Positions 1 to 8,552 are shown, numbered from the stretch's first letter. The stretch is 64,000 nucleotides of DNA from an uncultured Acidobacteriota bacterium (GCA_963809485.1 CAWEJX010000007.1:1-64000); one strand, 5' to 3'. Made by a program: numbers and translations. The notes: generated by a model from the letters alone, not told the origin.

Positions 1-7
1 CTCTGGC

Positions 8-2390
8 CTCGCTGTACCCCACAGGTGAGACTGTGGCTCAAGGGCCAGCCCTCACTCCATGGATCTGTAGAGCCAGCCGATAGCCTTGCGCCATGCTTGG
101 CAGACGGCCCAGCCCCCTCCACATACATGTTGTACCCGGATTGTCAGTTTTCCCTCTGCTCAGCCAACCACCCAGTTTGCCAATCCAGTGCATCGCCTGT
201 TTGGTACTGGGAACTGTATCGGCAATCTTGCCTGTTGCCCAGGCGCTCAGCACATGCCATTCATCTTCACTGAGTATTTGATTGCACGGTGTCTCCGGTT
301 TTTCTCGGCCCACCATAGTAAGCCAGTAGACTCGCCAAGCCACCACAAGGTCGATTGCTAGGCAAGCCTGAATGCTCTCGGCATCATCCAACCGACGATC
401 CTCGATACGGCATCCGCTTTTTATCGTGCGATGATATACTTCAATTCCCCAACGTCGGGCATACCAACTCAGTCGCTCGCAAGCATCTTCAAAGCTCTCT
501 GTCTTGACTGAAGTCAAAAGCATCCAATCAATAGGTTCTTTGACTTCGACGCCATAGTCGACTTCCCGCGCATACACCGCCCATACGCTCAAGGCTGGGA
601 GCTTGCTTTTTGACGGTGGGTTGAGCATTATTCGGGAAAACCTCACTTGAATCTTAGCTGTCCGAGCTGGGCTCGAACCTCGACGCGGGACTGCGACATC
701 GACCAATCCGGCTACGGGCTCTCCCTCCATCTTCTTCCACAGTTCTTCCTTATTGTCCTCCTCGATGACCGCTCGATTTCGAGCGCGATCGGCACGGATT
801 AGCAGCTTCGCACCTGATGTATCCTGTGCGGCTTCATGGAACAGCTCGTAGATGTCGGCCTCTCGATCGCCGACGCTCACAAGCATCGTATCCGAGCAGA
901 TCTTTTGTACCTCGCTTACGGCTCGGTAACTCACCAGCCATTTCTTGCTTTCTTTGGCTTCGATCGGCAGTTGGTGGCGGCGGCGCTTTTTGCCCACGTC
1001 GTTCGGATCCCGCGCCCAACATTGCACGTCGAGCAGTCCCAGCGGTATGCCCTCGGGAGTAAACGCCATCGTGTCGTGAAGCTCCAGCCCCATGGCGCTA
1101 TTCTGACTGTTATTGATTGGACCGACTCCCTCAGGTGGGTGCGCGGTGTAGTTCAGCGAACTCGTGTCCTGTACCGCCAGTATCACCTTATGCGTACGCA
1201 GCCGTTCAATGGTCGACTCAATGTGCGGTCTGAGTAGCTTCTGCATATCCACGTTGTCATTCTGAAAAAATCGGTACGCTGCTTTTGTCTTTGCTTTCGA
1301 GCCGCTGGATGCCTGCGGAATCAGTTCCCCAGGTTGCGCAAAAAAATCCGCCGCCAACGTGAACAGCCGGGATTTGAGCCGTTGATCGAAAAACTGCACC
1401 CGCCCGAATTCTTCTTCGGTCCAGTCGTCTGGGGCTTCGAACTGCGGCGTGTTTCCCAGCACTACCTTCGGCTCCGTACTTAGCACCTTTTGCCAATCGC
1501 CACGGAGCGGATACAAGTAGATGTCTTTGGGCCCTTTTGCTACCTTCCCGTTGGGATACGCCGTATCCTCCGCCGCTGTCTGCCCGACATGCAACCAATT
1601 AGCCGCTCGATAGCACGTCCCGACAAAACGGCTCGGGTCCACAAAGGTCTCGACCAACACCGGCCGGTAATTATAGCGGTCTACCCAGTCATCCGCCAGC
1701 CGGCCCAGACACTGGCTCAGTACATGCGAAGCCAGGTTCGGAACGTGCACGCCGGGCAAAATCAGAAATCGGCTATTACAAACAACCAGATTCAGATTGG
1801 CACGTCGAGCTGCCTCGGTCCAGCCAATATATTTATCTCGTTTCTTCAACCGCCACTGTGCAGCGCTGAAAGCCAGTGCTCCAACAAACCCATGTTCTGA
1901 ACTCTCTACCAAGTAGCGAATCTGTGCGCCGCACAGAGGCCCTTTGCCCAAATAATGGAATTGCTCCACGAGAGTATTCCATATCTTCGACGCCTTGCTG
2001 TAGCGGCTGGAGACAGGAGCAATGCTTATCTTACCGAGTTCATCCAGAGTGCATTCTAGCTCAGACACATCAGCCATTAGATCAGGCGGCGGCTTGGAGC
2101 TAGATCGATTGAAACAGGATTCCGCAGCCGCCGGCAGATTGAGAAAACCGCGGCGGTGCAATTCAAGCAGCGCTTTTCTGCAACTAACCTCCTTGATTTT
2201 GCCGTTAGGCGATTTCCACTGCAGAAGCTCGCAAACGCGCTGAGACAGGGCACAACGAGACAAAGAGGGATTGGCACTCAAGATCCCTCCAATCTGGGCA
2301 ATTACCTCCGCGCTGAACTCGCGCCCACACAGTCGCATGGGTTATGTATAGCATCAAACACCCACAGTGTCAACTGTGTCCCGCAGCGAG
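8..2390 (-). mobile_element. IS4-family (IS50/Tn5-like) insertion sequence, copy 1, 2383 bp
   Basis: Imperfect terminal IRs (CTCGCTGTACCCCACAG at 8; CTGTGTCCCGCAGCGAG ending at 2390). TSD GGCTCTGGC at 2391-2399, with its last 7 nt (CTCTGGC) at 1-7, cut by the window edge. Near-identical to 51360-53742. Confidence 0.95.
38..2338 (-). CDS. IS4-family transposase with N-terminal DUF4338 (DruA-like) domain, 766 aa
   Basis: Tn5-like motifs: DQRLKSRL, KAAYRFF, LAVQDTS, VGDREADIYEL, WYARRWGIEVYHRTIKSGC, LGGWL..PG. N-terminal ~290 aa has HYLG, NSRFLILP, VETFVDP..GTCYRAANW. Confidence 0.93.
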   Translation of the reverse strand: MRLCGREFSAEVIAQIGGILSANPSLSRCALSQRVCELLQWKSPNGKIKEVSCRKALLELHRRGFLNLPAAAESCFNRSSSKPPPDLMADVSELECTLDELGKISIAPVSSRYSKASKIWNTLVEQFHYLGKGPLCGAQIRYLVESSEHGFVGALAFSAAQWRLKKRDKYIGWTEAARRANLNLVVCNSRFLILPGVHVPNLASHVLSQCLGRLADDWVDRYNYRPVLVETFVDPSRFVGTCYRAANWLHVGQTAAEDTAYPNGKVAKGPKDIYLYPLRGDWQKVLSTEPKVVLGNTPQFEAPDDWTEEEFGRVQFFDQRLKSRLFTLAADFFAQPGELIPQASSGSKAKTKAAYRFFQNDNVDMQKLLRPHIESTIERLRTHKVILAVQDTSSLNYTAHPPEGVGPINNSQNSAMGLELHDTMAFTPEGIPLGLLDVQCWARDPNDVGKKRRRHQLPIEAKESKKWLVSYRAVSEVQKICSDTMLVSVGDREADIYELFHEAAQDTSGAKLLIRADRARNRAVIEEDNKEELWKKMEGEPVAGLVDVAVPRRGSSPARTAKIQVRFSRIMLNPPSKSKLPALSVWAVYAREVDYGVEVKEPIDWMLLTSVKTESFEDACERLSWYARRWGIEVYHRTIKSGCRIEDRRLDDAESIQACLAIDLVVAWRVYWLTMVGREKPETPCNQILSEDEWHVLSAWATGKIADTVPSTKQAMHWIGKLGGWLSRGKTDNPGTTCMWRGLGRLPSMAQGYRLALQIHGVRAGP

Positions 2391-2749
2391 GGCTCTGGCG
2401 GGGGACTCAAAGAGTTTGACAGCTCCGTATTTTGAAACGCTGACAAACGCCGATTTGTTCGGCGAGGGTCGGCGAGCAAAAGCCGATGAGGCGCTTCCGA
2501 TGGAGTTTTCTGCGGCGGCACTGTGGCAAGCGCCGTGCGGCAAGGAGATGAAGGGTATGAGAAACCGGGCATTTGCCACAGTGCCGCCGCAGAAAACTGT
2601 CCAGCGCGGAGCGCTGGCCCCTGCGGGGATCGGAAGCGCCTCATCGGCTTTTGCCCGCGTAAGTCAGCGTTCAAGACCGGCGTAACTCCTCCAACCGCTT
2701 TGAGTGGTTCAAATCTTTCAAGCCTCCGGTTTTGCCGGAGGCACCTGAC
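2391..2749 (+). mobile_element. Non-autonomous IS200/IS605-end element (PATE/MITE), copy A, long form
   Basis: Left end GGCTCTGGCGGGGGACTCAAAGAGTTTGACAGC and right end AACCGCTTTGAGTGGTT...AAGCCTCCGGTTTTGCCGGAGGCACCTGAC resemble IS200 tnpA element ends. Nested 26-bp IRs inside. No transposase. Four further copies in the window. Confidence 0.8.
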
Positions 2750-2762
2750 AGCCTGCCATCTT

Positions 2763-4052
2763 CTACATTTCCTGTTCGCGGAATTCGCCGGCCAGCCGGG
2801 TGAATAGCGCCAGGATGGCGATGCCCACGATTGTGTGCAGCGCCAGCATATACCACAGGTACTCGGGATGCCCCTGGTCGGTGAAGCGGCCGTAGAGGGT
2901 CGTGTAGGTCACGCCGCTCAATGTGCCCCCGATCATGGTCGCAAGGAAGTTCATTCCCATGTAAAGCCCCGCCTTTTCCCGCGGAGCTATCCACGTGATG
3001 TATTCCTGGATACGGGGAGAGGAAATCATCTCACCGACTGCAAAAAGAAATATTCCCAGGAATATCAGAGCCGGGACCGAAATCCGGGAATAGCCTATGA
3101 CACAGAATCCGGCGGTCGCCAGCAGAAGGCCGAAAAGGAAAGTCGGCATGGGCTTGCGTTTTTCAAAGATCCGGGACACCAGGAACTGGAAGATCATGAT
3201 GATGTATCCGGTGTGCGAAATTGTCTCGCCCAGGACCCTGCGCGTGCCGTCCTCGCCCTGGCTGGAAAAAAGCCCTGCCAGTGTAGGGCCGAGAACGGAT
3301 TCCATGCTGCGGTAAAGCCGGACAGTGTCCAGGCTGGCATCGACGTAGAGGGCGCAGAGGTTGAAGAAACTCCAGAACGGAAGCCAGAAAAAAAGGCCGA
3401 GCAGGATCAAAAATGCGGTCAATTTGAAATCGCAAAGAGCGGTGCCGATGTCCCGGAATTTCTGTTTAAGCGTCGTTCCCTCGATCTCCCTTTGCGGTTC
3501 CTTGTAGAAGAAGATCGTGATCAGCAGCATCAGAGTGACACATACAGCGCCCGCGAAAAACGCATAGTTCCAGGAGATCGCCCTGAGGTTGCCCATGACC
3601 ATTGGCCCGAAAGAGCCGCCGACATTCACCATCTGGTAAAAAATGCCGAACCCGAGGGACTTGTTGGTGCCGTCGGTGACGGCGCGCACCGTCCCGGCCA
3701 CCAGCGGCTTGAAAATACCTGCTGCAAGGCCGATGGAGAGCATCGTCAGAGCAATGCCCGAGAACGACCGGGTCACGATGAGCAGGAGAATCGAGGGCAG
3801 ATAGGCAAGATAGGAAATGATCAGGACCTTTTTAAAACCGAAGCGGTCGGCGAAGCTTCCGGAGATTACGGGGATGCCGTACGACAGCAAGAGAAAGATG
3901 CTCTGCACGATACCGAGTTGGGCCCGCGTGAAGCCCAGGGAAGCCATATAGATCCCGAAACCGAAATACACGCCGTAATAGGCGAATCGCTCCAGAACCT
4001 CGATGAAGTTGGCAATCCAGAAGACCCGGGGGAAAGGGGTGCGTTTGCTCAT
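2763..4052 (-). CDS. MFS transporter, POT/PTR peptide:H+ symporter-like
   Basis: EVLERFAYYG motif, ADRFG, GFGIFYQMVNVG, about 12 hydrophobic segments. GGAGG RBS before the ATG at 4052. Confidence 0.88.
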   Translation of the reverse strand: MSKRTPFPRVFWIANFIEVLERFAYYGVYFGFGIYMASLGFTRAQLGIVQSIFLLLSYGIPVISGSFADRFGFKKVLIISYLAYLPSILLLIVTRSFSGIALTMLSIGLAAGIFKPLVAGTVRAVTDGTNKSLGFGIFYQMVNVGGSFGPMVMGNLRAISWNYAFFAGAVCVTLMLLITIFFYKEPQREIEGTTLKQKFRDIGTALCDFKLTAFLILLGLFFWLPFWSFFNLCALYVDASLDTVRLYRSMESVLGPTLAGLFSSQGEDGTRRVLGETISHTGYIIMIFQFLVSRIFEKRKPMPTFLFGLLLATAGFCVIGYSRISVPALIFLGIFLFAVGEMISSPRIQEYITWIAPREKAGLYMGMNFLATMIGGTLSGVTYTTLYGRFTDQGHPEYLWYMLALHTIVGIAILALFTRLAGEFREQEM

Positions 4053-4332
4053 GCGTGCCTCCGTCGGAACGCTGCCATAATAAATCAAACCTGCCCCGGC
4101 CTGTCATTATTTGTGCGAAGACGCAGCGATTCCGCATCGGTGGGCGTAAGCGCTCCAAAAAGCTTCATTTGGGTCTGATTGGGGAATCTTCTGGATTCGC
4201 AATGGTTTTTTTATGGCTTCAAGCGGGACGGGCATCGTGGATTTTATCGATTGGGACCCCAAGAGTGGAAACCTCTCCCTGAGGCGAGTGGCGAATCCAA
4301 AGAGCTTGGGGGGAAAGCTCCTGCGCGCCGTT

Positions 4333-5553
4333 TCACGGAGCACGGACATGCTTGTTCTTCACGCCACTTGGGTAGATTTCTGAGATAAAGATCCGGATCC
4401 AGAAAAGTTCGGTTTTGCCTTTGCGGTCCCCCTTGAGGTTAAGGACAATAAAGGCATGGAAGAGATTGAAGGCTATGAAGACGAGCAGATAAAGCGCTTC
4501 GATGGCGTCGGGATCATGCTTATAGACATGGTCTGCATGCCAACCGTTGACCAGTTCGTTGAAACCGTAGTTCTCGATGTCCCACCGAGCATGGCCCAGA
4601 CGAACGACCAACTCCGTGCTCGTTAGGGATGGCGGGAGATTGGTGACCCACATCCACTCGCTGGTTTCCAGACTGAGCTCTTTTGTCGCCTGGCGCCGTA
4701 CATAATAGGATTCCTGAGAGCGCACCACACGCATCGGGCTTGTTACCTGCGGCCACGTGGTCAGATCCTGAAAATCCCACCAGCGGCATTTCCTCTTTCG
4801 ATAACTTCCCTCGCGCGGTTTATGGATCGTACATAAACCCAAAACATCTTGGTGAAGATCTCTCCGTTTATCCTTCAGGACCACCAGAATGTACTTGTGA
4901 TGAGACCATAAGAAATTGATGAAGGGAGCTTCACAGTAAGCCGCGTCAGCCAAGACCGCTTGGAAGGCACGCGGGTAATCTGACAAGACTCGGCTGAGCA
5001 GGCGCGTTGCTGTCGCCACTTCATCTTCTCCTGGCTTTTGTGGCTCCATATCCAGGAGAAGCCGAAGCCGCCCGGCCAACAGCATCAAAGTCACATTGCG
5101 ATGATAGTACTGGATCCTGTCTCCCGCCGCAGTGTGCACGATTCGTTGCAGGCATCCCGGACAATGACGCAAATAGCTGGCGTGTGTTTCATGCCCATCC
5201 AATACGGCGATGGTTAATCCCGCAATCCCTCCCAGCGCTTTGTTCCGTTTCAAACGCGCATAAATGTGATGCAATCCCTGTCTCAGCGCATCTCGATCTA
5301 CCTGCGCATAAACCCGCCCAGCACTGTCGGCGCTCGGCATCTCTGTTCCCAGCCACTTCTTCCAAAAGCGCGATTCTGCGCTCTCCACCAACGCATTCAA
5401 ACTGCCGAGCCGAACCCAAAACATCCCCAACCCTGCTTTAGCAAATACCGACGTCCGAATCCGGGGCGCAGGCCGCCTGTCCGACACGGGTCCAATCACC
5501 TGCTTGGACAAACCAAAGACTTTTTCCGCGTAGCCAATCAGCCTGCGGAGAAT
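4333..5553 (-). CDS. DDE transposase (start uncertain: ATT 5553, TTG 5511, or read-through from the upstream ORF)
   Basis: AVLDGHE, VLADAAY and ARWDIENYGFNEL DDE-type motifs. The frame is open back to the TAG at 5557-5559. Confidence 0.85.
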   Translation of the reverse strand: MLRRLIGYAEKVFGLSKQVIGPVSDRRPAPRIRTSVFAKAGLGMFWVRLGSLNALVESAESRFWKKWLGTEMPSADSAGRVYAQVDRDALRQGLHHIYARLKRNKALGGIAGLTIAVLDGHETHASYLRHCPGCLQRIVHTAAGDRIQYYHRNVTLMLLAGRLRLLLDMEPQKPGEDEVATATRLLSRVLSDYPRAFQAVLADAAYCEAPFINFLWSHHKYILVVLKDKRRDLHQDVLGLCTIHKPREGSYRKRKCRWWDFQDLTTWPQVTSPMRVVRSQESYYVRRQATKELSLETSEWMWVTNLPPSLTSTELVVRLGHARWDIENYGFNELVNGWHADHVYKHDPDAIEALYLLVFIAFNLFHAFIVLNLKGDRKGKTELFWIRIFISEIYPSGVKNKHVRAP

Positions 5554-5556
5554 GAC

Positions 5557-5880
5557 CTACCCCTTTCTCTCCTTAAGACGCTTCCATTCGAGTTCTGAGA
5601 CCTCTTCCACCAATTTCTGTAATTCCTGATAGTCCGTTACCGCTCGGCGCACACGTTCTTCCCATTCCTTCGGCACAAAGACCTGACGTGGCTTGCCCTT
5701 TTGGCTTTGCACGACGTAAAGCGATACATGCAGCTCGCCGCGAGCACAGCGGCAACCGGCCTTGCCGCACCGGCGGCTTCGAATGGTAAGGGTCCCACGC
5801 ATGAGCCGGCTGGAGGAACTCAGTTGCGCAACGCGAGAGCGCCGGGAGCGTTCAATGGTGGGAAATTCAGTTCGATTCAC
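5557..5880 (-). CDS. Small IS accessory protein, DUF6788-like, putative Zn-binding
   Basis: LMRGTL..RRCGKAGCRCARGELH motif with a C-terminal helix. AGGAGG RBS before the GTG at 5880. Lies inside the IS. Confidence 0.8.
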   Translation of the reverse strand: MNRTEFPTIERSRRSRVAQLSSSSRLMRGTLTIRSRRCGKAGCRCARGELHVSLYVVQSQKGKPRQVFVPKEWEERVRRAVTDYQELQKLVEEVSELEWKRLKERKG

Positions 5881-5888
5881 AGCCCCTC

Positions 5889-5934
5889 CTATATCTGGTA
5901 TATTATAAATATACCAGATATAGCCCACTGTCAA
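5889..5934 (-). promoter_or_regulatory. IS promoter region with a perfect 16-bp inverted repeat
   Basis: Minus strand reads TTGACA...TGGTATATTTATAAT...AGGAGG. Palindrome CTATATCTGGTATATT-ata-AATATACCAGATATAG at 5889-5923. Confidence 0.7.
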
Positions 5935-6048
5935 GTACAAAAATCGAATGCGAATTTGCTCAAGTTGCCAGATTATGGTTCAACTGACTGTGGAAATTCG
6001 TGTTGCAGAAGGGTAAAAATCACCGATGCGGAATCGCTGGCGAAGACG

Positions 6049-6220
6049 TATCGATCAGCGCGATGTTACGATGGTTTGAGCGACAGTGAGACCTCGCGTC
6101 CAGCTAGTTGCAACGACTGACGGAAGCATGATTCGCATAGACTCGATATAGGAAGCGACAGTGCACAATCTCAGCCTCCTGATGGCCTTTGCCGGCGACC
6201 TGGCGATTTTGGCACTGTGA
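6049..6220 (+). pseudogene. Duplicated leader plus first codons of the cation:proton antiporter gene (remnant)
   Basis: Closely similar to about 22586-22740. GTG at 6161 gives VHNLSLLMAFAGDLA versus VHNLSLLMTFAGGLA at 22698, then stops at 6220. Confidence 0.85.
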
Positions 6221-6300
6221 CAGGGAAAACCGCAGGTGGCAATCGAGAGCCTTGCAGTTGCTTCCCGCCGGTTTTGGGCTACTCCAAGCCAAGATTTTGA

Positions 6301-6547
6301 AGTCAGGCACCTCCGGCAAAGCCTGAGGTTTGAAAGATTTGAACCGCTCAAAGCGGTTGGACTAGTTACGCTGGCCTTGAACGCTGACTTACGCGGGCAA
6401 AAGCCGATGAGGCGCTTCCGATCCCCGACTCTCGCCGAACAAATCGGCGTTTGTCAGCGCTTTGGTCAGCGTATCTCAGCGTTTCAAAATACGGAGCTGT
6501 CAAACTCTTTGAGTCCCCCGGCAGAGCGGGAGGCTTACCAATGTAGT
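6301..6547 (-). mobile_element. IS200-end PATE/MITE, copy B (lacks the inner module)
   Basis: Reverse complement of copies A and E with both terminal hairpins. Only one arm of the outer 26-bp IR is kept. Confidence 0.8.
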
Positions 6548-6590
6548 TACAATCCTTGAAAATTGCCCAATGGCCTGGTAATATTCAAGA

Positions 6591-7751
6591 ATGTTATTGA
6601 GGCGACAAACTCTTCTCCAGAAGATCTGTCACAATATAGATAACTACCCCGTCACCCTTCTTCTCGGTCCGAGACAGTGCGGCAAGACTACCCTTGCGAG
6701 AGAGGTTTTCAAGGCCAGAGAGGGCGCCTATTTTGACCTGGAAGACCCTGAGACGCCTTTGAGAGGCGAAGCGGCGAATCTTGTCCTTCGCGACCTCAAA
6801 GGCCTGATAGTAATTGACGAAATTCAAAGGCAGCCTGACCTCTTTTCTCTTCTAAGAGTGCTTGCGGACCGCACCGCTCTGCCGGCGAGATTCCTCATAC
6901 TCGGGAGTGCTTCACCGCAATTGGTGAAGGGCGCATCGGAATCGCTGGCGGGAAGGGCAGCCCACATCCACATGGAAGGCTTTGACCTCGGAGAAGTTGG
7001 GGCTGAGCAGCATGACCGCCTTTGGGTGCGCGGAGGGCTTCCACTTTCATTTCTGGCCGACGACGAAAACCTGAGTTACGAGTGGCGCGGCAATTTCATC
7101 CAGGCTCTTCTTGAACGGGACATGCCTCAATTGGGCGTACTCGTGCCGGCGCCGGTTTTACGCCGATTCTGGCTCATGCTCGCGCATTATCACGGCAACA
7201 TCTGGAACGCCTCCGAGCTTGCCCGCTCGATGGGGACCAAGCAAGACACGGCACGACGCTATTTGGACATCCTGACAGGAGCTTTCCTGACGCGGCAACT
7301 CACGCCTTGGTTCGAGAATCTGGGCAAACGGCTGGTGAAGTCCCCGAAAATTTACATAAGGGATTCCGGCATTCTCCACTCGCTTCTTGGATTGAAAACA
7401 AAACTGCAGGTTCAAAGCCACCCCAAGCTGGGTTTTTCCTGGGAAGGGTTTGCTCTCGAACAGGTGATAGGGCTTCTTGGCGCCGAGAATGATTGCTATT
7501 TCTATCAAACCCATGGCGGCGCGGAGCTTGATTGCCTGATAGTCCGGGATGGCCGGAAATACGGATTTGAATTCAAATATGAGGACACACCCCGGCCCGC
7601 CAAATCCATGCACGTGGCCGTTGCCGACCTGGGATTGGAAAAACTGTGGATAGTCCACCCGGGAACTCAGAGATACCCGCTGCATGCCCGGATGGACGCC
7701 GTCCCGCTCGTTCAGATCGCGGAAGCAATGAAAGACGCCGGGATCAGATAA
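6591..7751 (+). CDS. AAA+ ATPase (AAA_14 + DUF4143 type)
   Basis: Walker A GPRQCGKTT, Walker B IVIDEIQ, ILGSAS, ESLAGR, KSPKIYIRDSG, C-terminal ELD..GFEFK. Confidence 0.92.
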   Translation: MLLRRQTLLQKICHNIDNYPVTLLLGPRQCGKTTLAREVFKAREGAYFDLEDPETPLRGEAANLVLRDLKGLIVIDEIQRQPDLFSLLRVLADRTALPARFLILGSASPQLVKGASESLAGRAAHIHMEGFDLGEVGAEQHDRLWVRGGLPLSFLADDENLSYEWRGNFIQALLERDMPQLGVLVPAPVLRRFWLMLAHYHGNIWNASELARSMGTKQDTARRYLDILTGAFLTRQLTPWFENLGKRLVKSPKIYIRDSGILHSLLGLKTKLQVQSHPKLGFSWEGFALEQVIGLLGAENDCYFYQTHGGAELDCLIVRDGRKYGFEFKYEDTPRPAKSMHVAVADLGLEKLWIVHPGTQRYPLHARMDAVPLVQIAEAMKDAGIR

Positions 7752-7769
7752 GGGATTTTGTTGCCGATA

Positions 7770-7855
7770 GGATCCTGCTCGCCTTTGCGCTGTGCGCCTC
7801 TCGCACACCCCTCGGCGGCCGGCCGATGCTCTCCCGCGCCTTTCCGGAAGATTGA
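7770..7855 (+). pseudogene. Remnant 3' end of a membrane Ser/Thr kinase paralog
   Basis: Translates ILLAFALCASRTPLGGRPMLSRAFPED*, matching AIVIYAFRTSLGGRPLLASSRFDD* of 17118-19805. Confidence 0.65.
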
Positions 7856-7881
7856 TGAAGCCGTGGGTTCAGCAATGCGCT

Positions 7882-8529
7882 TCAATCTTCCCTGGGAGTT
7901 GCCCGGGCATTGTTCCACAAGTGGTGATATTCCGCGCGGACGCTGGAATCGAGTTTCTCCTCAAACTCCAAGGGCAGATTCAAGCGAATAATCAATTCCT
8001 GAACGTCCGACAAATCCCTCAGACGATGTGGCGCGGTCAGCCCTGATGCCAGTTTGAGCTCGACAAGCTTTTCGAGCGTTATGAGCCATAATCCCTCTTT
8101 TTTAATGCGCGCTTCGGAAGGATTCGGGAAACTTATCGCTTTGGGCTTTCCATCCCCTGGATATTCCCCGGAAGTGACGATATCGATTCGGACGCCGGTT
8201 TGTGTGTTCCGAAAGGAACTGGTTGCTCCTGCGAAGGCCGGCGCGTAACCACGTCCCAGGAGGGATTCCCGAAAGAGCCGTAGCGCTTCTGCGGTCATCA
8301 GAACGTCGATATCTTCGGTGAACCGGCGATAGCCGTAGGCCACCAGAGCCATGCCACCTATGATTGCGTAGTCGAGTTCCTTCCTGTCCAATTCTACGAC
8401 AAGCATCTCCAGTGTTGCGTAGATATCCCCTGCTCCCATAAAGAAGCGGCTCCCTTCGTGGTAGCTATGCCATATGGCGTCTGAAACATATGAGGATTCC
8501 GGATCTCGCTTTAATGTCATTGATGCCAA
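7882..8529 (-). CDS. Pol-beta-superfamily nucleotidyltransferase (AbiEii/DUF6036-like)
   Basis: YAIIGGMAL..YGYRRFTEDIDVL signature, LVELKL..G, RLRDLSDV. Confidence 0.8.
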   Translation of the reverse strand: MASMTLKRDPESSYVSDAIWHSYHEGSRFFMGAGDIYATLEMLVVELDRKELDYAIIGGMALVAYGYRRFTEDIDVLMTAEALRLFRESLLGRGYAPAFAGATSSFRNTQTGVRIDIVTSGEYPGDGKPKAISFPNPSEARIKKEGLWLITLEKLVELKLASGLTAPHRLRDLSDVQELIIRLNLPLEFEEKLDSSVRAEYHHLWNNARATPRED

Positions 8530-8552
8530 TATACCCCCAAATAGATCTGGAT

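Larger units (their letters stand above)
4124..6039 (-). mobile_element. Two-ORF DDE insertion sequence, 1916 bp (IS4-clan/unclassified)
   Basis: Perfect 19-bp terminal IR CAGCGATTCCGCATCGGTG (4124-4142 / 6021-6039). 9-bp TSD GCGAAGACG (4115-4123 / 6040-6048). An empty-site paralog is visible at about 22565-22600. Confidence 0.93.

Noticed and set aside
38-2338. Druantia defence system
   Set aside because: Only the DUF4338-like domain is present, fused inside an IS. No DruE helicase or other dru genes.
2344-2807. Short ORFs over the MITE copies (also 6236-6559, 41238-41537, 51174-51380, 59837-60243)
   Set aside because: They recur only because the repeat recurs, vary with internal deletions and resemble no protein family. 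Only the possible coupling role in copy E is kept, as a hypothesis.
2835-4178. Long antisense ORFs (447 aa here; also 22922-23833, 27108-28460, 38530-39525, 41630-42757, 62284-63210)
   Set aside because: These are shadows of well-supported genes on the opposite strand in GC-rich DNA, with no motifs.
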